From NCBI GenBank assembly GCA_026023565.1, contig JAPETS010000016.1:124001-188000 (forward strand): a DNA stretch of 64,000 nucleotides, given 5' to 3'. The DNA is from Cirrosporium novae-zelandiae. Lineage: Eukaryota. The translations under genes and the position numbers were made by a program. Positions 12,786 to 24,849 of this stretch are shown here, piece after piece; positions within the stretch are counted from its first letter, which is position 1, and the number at the start of each line of letters is the position of its first letter. The notes below the pieces were generated by a model. That model searched no databases, was not told where the DNA came from, and worked only from the letters and a program-made list of their open reading frames with translations.

Positions 12786-14054
12786 TGACGGCGATAATGG
12801 CGCTGGTTTAGATGAACTGTTCCTTCCAATATCCATTACATATGCACATGAATGCCTGTATGAATTATGACTTCTACACATAAGAGGAGGATCTATTATT
12901 TTCTGGAAACCAGAAAGAATATACTATTGCTTTAATTTTGTCCCTTCTTGAACTTGTCTCCAGGGTACGACTCGGTGACAGATTTGTTCGAAACCCAAAG
13001 CCCTACTCTTCTTGGTAGTCTACTTTGGTTATTCAGAAATGATGTGAATAACTTTGATCGATATGGCAAACGTTATGCAGCGGACTATCATGACATTCTA
13101 TATATAATACTATTGACTTTAGTCCTCAATCCGCCTGAAGGTCTTCTAGGTGAAAATGGTAGACAGCCAGTAATAGTGTCAAACGTCTTAGCCACGGCGT
13201 GTTCGATCTCAATTCATATGTATCAGCAAAAAGTTTCGCATATTGTATATAAAATTTGTTCCAGCAACCAAGGAACATCCAAAATCCCCTAACTAATATT
13301 TCTAATCTAGTTTGAATGGTAATGTCACAATCGAATGAGAACTCTCCATTCTTCAGCACCTTACTTCTCACGACCCTCAAGTCCTTCGTGAAGTTGATCA
13401 CTGTATTCTAATATTGTTTGAAAGGCCCGTGTGCCCCTGCCTCTACCAAACTTGAAGCATCAATGTGCAGATTAAAGTATTTTGGGGTGTCCTATGATAG
13501 AGTGAGGGTTCTATCACGTTCACTGAAAGATGGACTTGTTCGAAGTCAGCTTTTTCGTCTGATATAAAATACAAAGGTTAAGAAAGTGTGACAAATGGTA
13601 GAATTCATCACTTCAAGTTGGGGAGTGCTTCAAACTATGAAGAGTTGACAGGAGTGATAGGCGCATTAAAGGGGGTAGGGCTGGGAATGTGATCCTTCAG
13701 GCGGTTAGTGTTCGGCGCCTCGCTGCCTTGCTGCCTTGCCGCCCTGTTCTCGCTTAGCATCAATTGACGCAATTGAACTCGATCCCTTGTCCGGCCTTTG
13801 TTTCTTCTACCATGAAGATGCGTTCTATCCTTCCCTTACTATTAAACATCAATGGACTTGGATGATTCGATTGATCACACATATACTGGAAGTGTGTTTG
13901 CAGACGATGAATAGAGAATAAAATACCTTTTTCTGACTGCTTGATTGAAGGGTGCAGAAGTCGACAGAGTATCTCTACCCGAGCCTTTTCGTAAATCCTG
14001 CTCTTAGTCTATCAATAGTTTAGTTGTGCGACCACAGCCTATTTCAAGCGTGAC

Positions 14055-14230
14055 AACAAACCTTTCGGGACAATGTCAGGCTCTCTTTGAGCACCCTCAG
14101 TCAAATATAGCCAGGGTTCTAAAATTTGATTACTCGATGAGATATCATGCTATCGGCACTGGGCCTTCTTGAATCTATGGCCAATCTTGACTCAACTTTT
14201 CAAATGGTAAGAAGATCATCATTTCTCCCA
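14055..14230 (+). pseudogene. Possible heavily degraded ABC-ATPase domain remnant
   Basis: Fragments 'NLSGQCQ', 'SKI*LLDEIS' and 'NGKKIIIS' occur in the order expected for signature, Walker B and pre-H-loop, but with a stop and frameshifts. Confidence 0.25.
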
Positions 14231-15162
14231 AGTCTTGCTTTCAGTTTATAGTCTCCCTCTCAATCTATTCTATGAACCTTTTCGGCCTTTCTGTGATTGT
14301 TATGGTTTTCTTGGAATGCTGAAATATATTTAGATTCTAGCAGTACTAATTGAAACGATACTGTTACCTTGTTGATCTAATGTTGTTGAAATGAATCCTG
14401 TGATGAGTGCGCCCTGAATTCCTAGAATATTTCCCCACTACATCAATCGATAAAAGAAAGAAGAATTTTACCCTTACTGGTTGACAACAACTCAAGCTTG
14501 ACCGCCTATCATAATGTTTTCAGCCTCACCGAGCCTGAAGATGTATTCCTGGTCTGCTGCGCCTGAATGCTACTGACTACCTTCTCACAACACAACAAAT
14601 ATGTTAAGTCAGCTGGAGGGGTGTTGGTGGTTTGCTAATCCTTGTCTCTCGAGCTAACTTCTTTAGTCATTGACCCAACAATCCCTTCGGGATGATGAGA
14701 CTTCGGATGCAAATCTTCTAAGACATAATGAAACTGAGATAACTCGATGCAATTTAATTGTGCCACACATGTATTGCAAATCCTTTAGGACCTCGCTCCT
14801 CACTCCTGACGTGACCTGTTTACTCATCGTCTCAAGCGGTGAAACTCAGCCTCATTAAAGCTGTTTTCAAGGAGGTTCGACATCCAGTGAACGGAGACGC
14901 TCCCGCTTATTCTAAAGCTGCTTGACTGGGAGAATTTTGCTCCTATGCTATACTAACACTGCAGCCCTAAGGAGATTATTCCCATATTCCACTTTATTTC
15001 GAAGACGTTTCACTAGCATGGTAGAATTGCTACTATACAGGTTCGAAAGGCTACGAAGAATCCCCAATAAGAGTCAGCTGGCCAGCTTGTCCAGCATACT
15101 GAAACATCAAGGTATTATCAGAATTCGGAGAGCTGTGACCATGTCGTGACAATCTAATACAG

Positions 15163-15556
15163 ATGAAATCAACGGCCCTGGTCCTCAGTATAGTGGGAAT
15201 TGTCATGACAGCTATCCCCAGCATTTTTATGATCTGGCAAGGACGGCGCTTGCCCGTCATTGACTATATGAAAGCGTGGCTCCGGATATTCCTGCATATC
15301 CTACCGTCAAGAGGTGAGACTTGGGATCTTTTTCCTTTCATTAGCTGAGGCTAACATTGTCGCAGAACGCGATGTAGAAGCAAGTACGACGAGCGCCACG
15401 GAAATACTGAGCCATAGAGGTCTAGAAAGGCGTGTACCTGATATCTTTGAGGGAATCGAACTTCAGGCAATTGAGAATTCTCAAGCTGCTTGGAGAGAGG
15501 AGTCGGAATTTAGACTTCGCATCGCACAGTTGGAGCCAGTGTTGAGAGGAGTTTAG
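15163..15556 (+). CDS. Putative small orphan protein with N-terminal TM/signal anchor (intron 15314-15365)
   Basis: GTGAGA..GCTAAC..CAG intron fuses two ORFs in frame (~113 aa); N-terminus 'ALVLSIVGIVMTAIPSIFMIW'. Confidence 0.55.
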
Positions 15557-18500
15557 AGTGGATTGGTTTCGGTTGAGAATCATCTACTATGAGCAACAAG
15601 GGGCTTTGTCATCGATTATCTGGAATGAGATTACTGCAAGATGTTCCTGACCTCTCTGCGGCGTGGACTCCACAGAATCCATTCAGCTATCGTAAAACCA
15701 CAATCCCCATGAAAGTCAACAGCACTTCAAGGCTAGATGACAAAATATACACATGAGATCATAATATTCCTGCCTTGTTCAAAACTCATGTATTTCAACT
15801 ACGTCCATTGAGGGAGAGGTCACGGAAAGAACTGTTCTAGAGCCCATCTCTAAATCTGCATTGCTGATCTCTTCTTATGGAATAATAGGAAATGAGACCT
15901 CCCTTCAACTGTTATTGGGGGAGTATATTCAAACAACCTGCCGAAACGTGGCGGTGAGAGAGGCAACTAGAGATACCAAAAAAAGTAAATGGTGTTGATG
16001 CTACGCCATTTGCTAATAAACTTTGGACTTTGTTTGCTATTTTCTTTTTCATAGCGTATGACCAAGTCATTGGGGTCATATCTGCCGAATTCTTGCTAAA
16101 ATTTATTGGTCAATTATAGCTACGCTAAACAGAGTGAAATATCAGTGACAACATATTGAGAAAAGACCAGGGTGATATTTGCGACACTTTTGGTGTTCAG
16201 AATAACCCTCGGGTTGGATTAATATTCCCTGTCTGTTGCACAAACTAGCTACGGGGGGAAGCGGGAAACTCCAGTTCCTTCGGGGGACGGGAGATTAAGA
16301 AAGATCTGGTGAACGGTTCTTCTAGGGTCCCAGCCTCGCTCGACTACGACATTTCCATTTTCGCCGATTCGGAATGCATCCTGACAACAACCACACCACT
16401 AAAATCTTGATCAATTTTCATGGATAATTAATGAATGATTGAGGTCCTATATAATCGGATAAGCCGAAGGAGCAATATACTTTCTGCTAGAGTTTGTCAA
16501 AACTCGCCTTCTGCACACAAAATTCACCTCTATTGAGATTATCTCACTGTCAAGCTCGTAGCCTAGTGGAAGAAGCAAGATGGATTTGCTAGATTCTTGG
16601 ATTTTTTTATGCTACTGCTACTTCTGTCAATGTGTGAAAATTTCTGGGATCACTGACAAGCAAATGCTTAGCAATGCAAGTCCTTGTTTGCGTGTCTTGG
16701 TATCATTTATTTTCAACTTCGTGGCTATTTTGCTCTTGCATGGTTTAGCTTCACCTTCCCATTCTGTGATTTCTAATTGAGCCAAGGACCTATCTTTAGG
16801 CGTCGACTCTTGATTCACACTAGTATATTGTATTATTCACTCGTCCTGAGATAACCGTTCTCTACCCCTGCGAGATTCCAACTCCCCTTCCCAGACACCC
16901 TGGGGATCTTGGCTCTCCAAAATGCCCATCTGGTCCATCCATATTGTCTCTTGCAGCCATGATGCTCCTATATTTGTATGAACTTGATAGTTCTCGGGAG
17001 GATTTTCTGCCAGGGCCGTGAGTATAACATTCCAAGGTTCATTAAAACCCCTCACACTTACGACCGGCTAGATGAAGCCAAGCTCGGACTCGTCCCCTAA
17101 TTTCTATTACAAGCCATTGGAGACTTCGAGTTTGCCATTTGATGATAATAATGGTGATTTCTATCACCCCAAGAGTGAAGCCGGAAGTCATTATTGAGAT
17201 TTATCCTGCGACTTTATAAGGATGTTAATATTGAGAACGGGTAATTGGGCACAGATACCTACCTGTGATACCGATTTCCAAGGACTTAATAACACCTTAT
17301 AGGCTTTATGTGTCTGAAAAGTAAAGTTTATTCTGAACAATATGTTTAATACATGATTGTGGTGCTCAAGATAGTTGCGTGTGAGAAATTCTATTAAAAT
17401 TCCACATGTATTGGAGTGATAGGCCTCTATATGTAGCAGCTTTGGGGTCGGCCACGACAGGGGGGTCAAATTCATAGAAATACCTACCTCTGATTTCCAA
17501 GCCTTTTTTCAGCAAACATTCATCCCACAAGTTCAACATTTGCTAGTCATTTGTGTATCCTAAGCTTGCCATTCCCGAGTGAACAGCGACTCGCATAATT
17601 CAAAGGTGTTTAAGAATGAGGACCTTTGAGATCTTCCGTGCATGCGGTCGACAATATAATTTACATCCTTACTCTATTTGTGCTTGATCCTGCATTCCGC
17701 TTGGCCGCCAGTGCCTCGTTTGATCGTCAATGGATCCAAACGAGATGTCTATCAGGAGGCTTCTACCGTGCAAACAAGATATTTGCACTCTGGGAAACCC
17801 CAATTGAGGACTTTAGCAGGGAACAGCTTACAAGGCTCATCTAAAGATACCCTAGCTTCCATCCAATCCTCTATATTGTGGCAGAAGATGATTCGCAGAT
17901 AGAGATCTGGGGTGGTTTGATATGACTATCAATCAGGGCGCCATACTTTCCTCACCCCGCAGAAATCATGGTCTAATACTCGAAGATAGGATTTTACAGT
18001 GATGATCCAGTAACTTTTAGAAAGGAATGGACGTTACCCTATTGGTACACATACCCCTCTCGGTGGAACATTTAGCTCCTCGGTCTGATTGATAATGACC
18101 CCGGTCCCGACAATTTGGTTTATGCTCTAAATCAAAATATCAGCCCATGAGGCCATTGGCCTAGATTCAGTCTTGTTCTCACGTTACATTGATGGCTGCT
18201 GCGGAAGCTCTTCCCCCCGAACCATGTTCCCGAATAGTAACGTGCAAAAATTCCCAGGAGATAAGAAGTTAATCTTATCAAAAAAAAAAAAAACTACAAC
18301 TAAAATAAGGTCGTCAGCAGGTTAATGGTAATCGCTACGGAATGCCTCCCGGTATTAAAGTAAGTGCCTAATCTCCAAGACCATCTTTTCACTGGGACGG
18401 GTCATATACCCTGATTACCGATCTTAGGCACACAGTCAGACTCAACCCCCCCCTCTCGACCTTATCTGCCTCAGCTGCAGCGAACCAACGGTCCCAGTCG

Positions 18501-19039
18501 CTTTTCAGTTCGTTTTAGTAAGTCTATCATTTTTCGGGGATAATTTCAATTTCATGGTCACTGCCACTTAAAATGAACAGCTCATACAATCCTTTTAGGC
18601 TTTAACAATAGGCGAGTGAGATATCGACGTCATCTGAGTCTCGTTCCGAACCGACATCATTGTCATCATCAACATGGATGAAATATTGAAAATAATAGGT
18701 CAGTTCAACCCCTCTTCAAGCGTCTGCGAATCATATTAACGATCAAATGACACCTGCTAAAAACAAAACACTTTTTTGGGTGGTTCTCTGTCAAGATAGC
18801 AAAAAAACGCACTGTCCACCCTTTAATTTCGCGATTCAATTATCGTTTTCCTTTAGCTTTTTTTCCTTTAGCTTAAGCAATTTAACGCATAAGCCATAAA
18901 ACTTAACTAATCTTTAATCCTAAGCTATCATCTACTATTTTATCTAGCATATCATTATTACTTGTATAGTTATCTTATCACACTACCTATATCTAGGCGC
19001 TGCCCTTAAGCTTCTACCGAGGCTCCTATTAACATTTGT

Positions 19040-19225
19040 ATTGAAGTTTCTATCTCAGTAGAATTCTCAGCAAAATGCTCAATAGAAGCTTCAGTAGGTG
19101 CCTTAGTCGATGCCTCGGTCAATTGCTAAAGGAAACCTCAATATATCCCTTAGTTAGCGCCTCGAGGGAATGCCCGGTAAGAGCTTTAAAAGAAGTCTTA
19201 ATAATTAACACTTCGAGGGAATACT
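19040..19225 (+). repeat. Degenerate 12-bp-period minisatellite
   Basis: Consecutive units ctcagtagaatt ctcagcaaaatg ctcaatagaagc ttcagtaggtgc cttagtcgatgc ctcggtcaattg. Confidence 0.6.
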
Positions 19226-19578
19226 TGTTTTATTTTTCACATTGTTGGTTGGCATTTTAAAATTTTGATTTCTGAATTATGTCGGCAATGCCTTTATTTA
19301 CTGTACCACTGGAAGAGCAAATATCCTTGCTAAGGCTACCATTATGATATTGGCAGCCTTTCGGCTAGCCAGCCCAGCTTACATATGCATGATTCACGGC
19401 AGAGCCTTCTGACACAAGAGGTCGGGTCTCTTCAAGGCTTTTGTGAAATCAGTTATTAAAGTAGCACGTTCAAGAAACGAGTAAGGAATACAAGACTCTA
19501 CTGAAAAAGAAAGCTCTAACTTAATTCTAGGGCATCTGGCTCAAGAAGCTCCGTTTCCGTGATTCCATCTACAACACG

Positions 19579-20902
19579 ATGACGACATGCGATAATGCCA
19601 GCCTCGACTTAGAAAACCAAGCCAGCGATTTCCCCGAAAATGCCCCGCTGATCAGCAATCCGGACCCGCAATCCACAGAGGAGGAAGTCGAACTTGAAAG
19701 CATTCTATCTATCAAGAAACCTGGTTATGGTAATTGGAGGTGGGTGGAGGAGCAATGTGTACGTTCAAGTGGCATTTTAGCTGGAGGAGCTGCGGCGATT
19801 CGAAAAACCTTCGAAATCTATGAAAATGAAGAGAACCTAGAAGATTTCTACAACTATTGTTGGGAAAGAAAGTTAGAAGTGAGATAGAGACTCAATATGA
19901 TTAAGGTTAGTATTAAAGGCTATAGCTGGTGCGAATTTTTGCCTACTGCCGAAAGCTAATCGATAGAACAGCCTATTTATTTCTCTAGCTCATGGGCACC
20001 ACTGTCTGCTACTAAACTTTTGTGGAAACTCACCCGGTTGACGCATAGATCCGTCACCACTCATCCTGGGGAAGGCGAACGCACTCTAGAGACGCTTAAT
20101 GAACTCATGACCTATATTAATCAAAATCGAGTGGATGTATTCGAGGGTATCGAGATCAACTGCGAACGCTTCTATGATATGGTCCAGAAACTTTTCAACG
20201 ATACATCGCGATTTTATATCGTCGTTGGATGATTCTCCAAAGGTTCCAGTGACCCATATGAGAAGCTGTTGACCCTTCAGAACGACGAGACATTATTTAA
20301 GCATCTACAAAAGGATGCGCGATTAATAAGAGGCTGGCGTGAATACATGTCGTTGAAGTCTTTACGTCGCTTTGGCCTTTATCGGGTGAAGTTCCCTTCC
20401 GATACGCATTTCTTTACTCGTAGAACACTGCCCGCTGACCAGGTCAAAGTGCGATATCCGACGTGGAGCTCATATCAAAGTTGACCTACCACCAGAGTAC
20501 AAGAACACATTGAAGCATTTCTTCCGCGTCTACGAAACATGTCGACGGCACCCTGACAAGGACGTAAGCAAAGCGTGGACACAGTGGGTCCACAGGAACT
20601 TCAATTTGAGCCAAGTACCCATGGATGGCAGATACTCGCTAGAGCTTATCTACGACTGGTCTCCAATCCGGCTGATTGTGTTGGTAGTATTTCCTGTTCT
20701 ATTTAGTTTTGTGGTAGGTTTGGTTTACATGCTCAGGACTGGCGATGTTAGTACTGCATGGACTATTGCTTCATATGTCGTGACTGGTGCAGGTGGTGAG
20801 TTTCTTCCCTTCTCCGGAGCAGGGCAGAGAAGATCTGGGGCTGATTTGACCATAGCCATTGTTGCTCTTCTTGCGATTCTTGGGAGTCTTAATGAGAGCT
20901 AA
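19579..20902 (+). pseudogene. 4-exon fungal hypothetical membrane-protein gene with one in-frame TGA (20230-20232)
   Basis: Introns at ~19880-19971, ~20386-20448 and ~20795-20855 restore a continuous frame except for one TGA, after which the same frame stays open. The C-terminus has two TM helices ('YDWSPIRLIVLVV...GDVSTAWTIASYVVT'). Confidence 0.65.
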
Positions 20903-20948
20903 TGATGATGATTCATTTTATTGTCCGCATGCCGCCTTTAGGTTATGG

Positions 20949-21120
20949 CAGTGTTGGCAATAGATCAGACCAGACCAGTCTGGCATGGTCAAAATAACCT
21001 CATGATGGGATGGCACGGATCAGCAATAAGGACGTTCACGACTATTCCTGCAGTAATAATCAAGTTACTGCAGCAATAATCGCCTTCAGACTGGTCTGGT
21101 TTGGTCTATTGCTAAGACTG
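20949..21120. mobile_element. hAT-like MITE, 172 bp, 34-bp TIRs, 8-bp TSD GGTTATGG
   Basis: Left TIR 20949-20982 (cagtgttggcaatagatcagaccagaccagtctg) matches the reverse complement of 21087-21120 at 30/34. Identical GGTTATGG lies immediately outside both ends (20941-20948, 21121-21128). Confidence 0.85.
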
Positions 21121-21649
21121 GGTTATGGCGGACATTTAAAGAGGGCTAATGTAAGGTGTCTAGTGCTGAAACCCAAGATTGAGACTAATGTTGTTGGATG
21201 ATTCTATGTCTTGATGCTGCTATAATGGTGTATAGTACATTATCATTAGGAGAAAGGAAGAAGGTATCCTTTTAATTATACAACCACCCTCGGGCTACGG
21301 TTATATATTCTATCTAACCGAAACCTTTAAGCTCAAACACCTTTTAACCTAGAGTTGGTCAGTCACTCACCAAAAAATCTACTTCCTACATCCATTCACT
21401 TCACCAACTTTTTTTTTTAACGATTGGGACCATTAAAGGTTTAATATTTCTATTTAATTATTAACAAAAAATTTTATTTGTTTATCAAAATTACTGTTGC
21501 TATATATATATTTTTTATTAATATTTTTGATTGTGACAACGCGTGTTTTAAGACGCGTATAAAAAAAAAATTCTGACTCAAATTTTATGGTTGTGGACGT
21601 ATACTGATTGATTGGGATTTGTATTAAGATTTATATTAAGCTTGCGACT

Positions 21650-21950
21650 AAGGCTGGTAATTGAGGTTTGTACTGAAGCTTTTAATGAGACTTCTATTGA
21701 GATTTAACTGAATTTCTGACGGAAGTTCTGATTGAGGGTTCTGATTGAGACTGGCAATCGAGGCTGGTAACTGAGGTCCTAATTGAGCCTTTGACTGAGC
21801 TGGTGACTGAGCTGGTAACTGAGCTTCTGGCTGAGCTTGCAACTGAGGTTTCTACTGAACTTACCACTGAGCTTCTGACTGAGCCTCTGACTAATCTTCT
21901 GACTGAGTCTCCTACTAACACTCCCACTAAAACTCCCACTAACATCTCCT
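21650..21950 (-). repeat. Degenerate 12-bp-period minisatellite (~20-25 units)
   Basis: Minus strand reads ctcagtcagaag ctcagtggtaag ttcagtagaaac ctcagttgcaag ctcagccagaag ctcagttaccag ctcagtcaccag. Confidence 0.85.
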
Positions 21951-22515
21951 AACCTTCATACCTCACTTACAACTACAGTAAGGTCTTGACCTCAGCCAGT
22001 CCTCCTAACTAACCTAACTAAACCTACAAACCTTAACCTACATTAAATATTCTACTAAATAAGAAAAGAAAAGATAGAAAGAAAGAATAGGCCGTCCAAC
22101 AAGTATGTTAGGTCACAGATCATGATCATTCTAGTAGTCAGCCAAGTCACCAAAAGAAAAAGAGAGAAAGAGGAAGAGAAAGAAAGAAAAAAAGTTTTCT
22201 GAGTACTTAATTATCTAGATAGAACTAACCAACCTACTTTAAATACCTTTATAAGAATCAAAGAAAGGAAAGAAAACTTCATCTGAAAGAGTCCGAATAA
22301 GATGCTTTCAAAACAAAACAGAACGCCATGGTTATCAATGGATTGGTTAATGAATGAATGCTCTTTGCGCCCCCTTAGTACCTAGTACTCCACCAGATTT
22401 AGTAAAAACACCAAAAGTTTCAATTTTTTGTATTCCGTACCATGTCTCCGGAGGCCCCTTTGTCCTATGATGCCCCCCCTTCCCACCTCCTATGATTCAC
22501 AAGCACAAAAATAAA

Positions 22516-24298
22516 TCACGATGAACCTATCCCCCTCCTTCCTCTACGAATACTCTCCTCAACCCCCCACCCATTCGCAAGCAACCCCCCCACCTCCTCA
22601 AGACTCAACCCATTAGTTTCCGGATATATATGATAAACCGCCACCAGGCCCACCACGCACACAAGCGCATAACAAATAAAAGTCCAAAACGGGGTAAGAT
22701 GATCCATCATCAGCAAGAACGTAAGTCCGACCACGAAATTGCTGCCCCAGTTTGTTGCGGTGGCGAGGCTGGAACCTACGGAGCGGACTGAGAGGGGGAA
22801 GAGCTCGCTTTGTTGCCAGGGGACGTTTCCCAGACCGAGGGCGTAGCTTGCGACGTAGATTATCATTGAGATTAGGATTAGGATGGACCATATGTGGCTG
22901 CTGGATTGGGTTGTTCCGTCTGGGGTGGTCTCTCGGGGGGCTTGGAAATCTGCGGTAGTAGGGAGGTGGAGGAAGTGAAATGCGACTGCGCAGAGGACTA
23001 AGCCGGTTGTCATGATTGGGATGGAGAGGAGGAGGATACGGCGGCGGCCGATGCGGTCGATTAGGATAAATGCAGCTACGGTGAAAAGGAAATTCGTGAT
23101 GGCGATGGAAAGAGAGGTTAGGGTTGGGGATGTAAAGCCCACAAGGGCGAATATGGTGGCAGAGAAGTACATGAGACAGTTCTGTGTGATTGTTAGTAAT
23201 GGTAAGCACGATAGGCTGGGAGGTATCATGAACACGCACAAATCCACATAATTGTTGCAGTCCCTGGAGCATACAAGCAATAGTTAATGCTCTTCGATTG
23301 CCAGGAACGTTAAAGAGATCTGCACAACGGTCTTGAAAGCCCGAAAAGAATGAAGGTTTCTTGGTGGGGGCTGAGCCGTTGCGTTTGTTGACAGCATCTT
23401 CTTCTTCAATAACTTCCCTTTCGATGCTTCGGAGAACCTGGTCAACAACCCTATCTACACCATGTCCAGTACCGTATATTTTCTTGAGAACGCGTCGGGC
23501 TTCTTCTCCCCGACTTACCTTGGCAAGCCATCGAGGAGTTTCGGGCAAGATAATGAGGGTGAGGAGCTGACCAAAAGCTGGGGCTGCACCCAGGCCAACC
23601 ATCCACCGCCAGCCATTAGCCTTGTGGGTAAATATCCAACCGATAACATACGCAACAACCTGACCGCCTGTAATGAACAGAGATGATATTGTAACCAAAC
23701 GACCCCTTAGGTGAGAGGGTGATAATTCGGAGATATACCTATTTCTTTCATGAGCCTTTGTGCTTATTAGCATGGACGTGGAATCGACTAACAAGGGTAC
23801 GACCAAGCTGGCTCCACCGACAGCGAGGCCAATAATGCTTCTTCCCACGATCATCCCCCATACACCAAGGGACATGGCCTGGCAAAGGGCTCCGATGATG
23901 AATAGGACATCTGCAATAATTATGACATATTTACGGCCAAGTTTATCGGCTAAAACGCCCGTAGTTGGACTTGCGAACAAAGCAAAAAGACTGGTGCATG
24001 CTGTAATCAAGCTCTTGTCAAGGGACGTGAGAGGATGATGGTCCAAATCGGAACCGATAGAAACGAGTGTTGAAGAAATAACGCCGGTACTATTGTGTAT
24101 CCCTGTCAGACCAGTATGCTGATGGACTCGTTCCCAAAATCTTACTCACTCATAGCCGAATAATAACCCGCTGATTCCAGCCGAGAATGTTAAAGCCCAT
24201 ACAAACCAACCTGCAGAGACCTGATTTTCTAGCAGGTCTTCTTCGTCGGGATGCTGGGTAATTAAAGGAGCATCGACGCCCTCATCTTCTTGGGTCAT
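22516..24298 (-). CDS. ITR1: MFS sugar porter, myo-inositol transporter-like (about 4 exons)
   Basis: 'AGISGLLFGYDTGVIS' across intron 24090-24149, 'LADKLGRK', 'YISELSP', 'PETPRWL', 'LQQLCGF', 'IDRIGRRRILL', 'GLGNVPWQQSELFPLSVR' and 'PET'. Confidence 0.9.
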
Positions 24299-24849
24299 AT
24301 TTAGTAGTTCTATGGAGTTAAGGATCCGTGGTTGTAGAGAAGGAATGAATGCGGAATAAGTACGTTTCTAGGCCTTTCGGTCCCCAGGTCATCCGTCGTC
24401 GTATTAAGCTTCCGACACAAGGTCATTTCTCCGGATCTCGGTGTTTCGGATGACGGGTTGAACCCGCGGGAACAATCCTGGCACGTGCCTGGTTATTCAG
24501 CAAGTCTTGGCATATTTCATCCCTTGCATCACACTTGGAAGGACTTGGGACGAAATATAGATAATTGTTGCACTCTCAAATTGTCTAGACTTCATTATAT
24601 TCTAATATCCAGTGGCTATATACATACACGAACAATTGTATCTCATTAATGCATAGGCGCGTCTATCAGGAAAGAAATAACTTTCCAAGCTCAAAGAGGG
24701 TAACCTCTCTCGCCCGGAGTTGGAAAGGGTCATTAGTTTTGTAATACAATAGATTTAAGGTGCATCCAAAGGGCTGAAACGAAAACCCAGGTATTGAAGG
24801 TCAATATTAGCTTCAGAGAAGATCATACCTCCTTACTATTCACTAATGT

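Noticed and set aside
16837..18100. Short ORFs with 'FNEPW' and 'LPYW' words suggesting GH1 or tyrosinase relics
   Set aside because: These are isolated 4-5 residue matches with no other family motifs in order.
20230..21120. In-frame TGA plus downstream hairpin as a selenocysteine/SECIS system
   Set aside because: The hairpin has TIRs and an 8-bp TSD and is better explained as a MITE. It lacks SECIS geometry, and Sec machinery is not known in Dikarya.
21539..21559. Two ACGCGT (MCB-like) sites
   Set aside because: No gene start lies nearby, and the sites sit in AT-rich repeat-derived DNA.
21650..21950. Repeat array as CRISPR, or as a real Ser/Val-repeat protein
   Set aside because: This is eukaryotic DNA with contiguous 12-bp units and no spacers. 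The ORFs are by-products of the periodicity.
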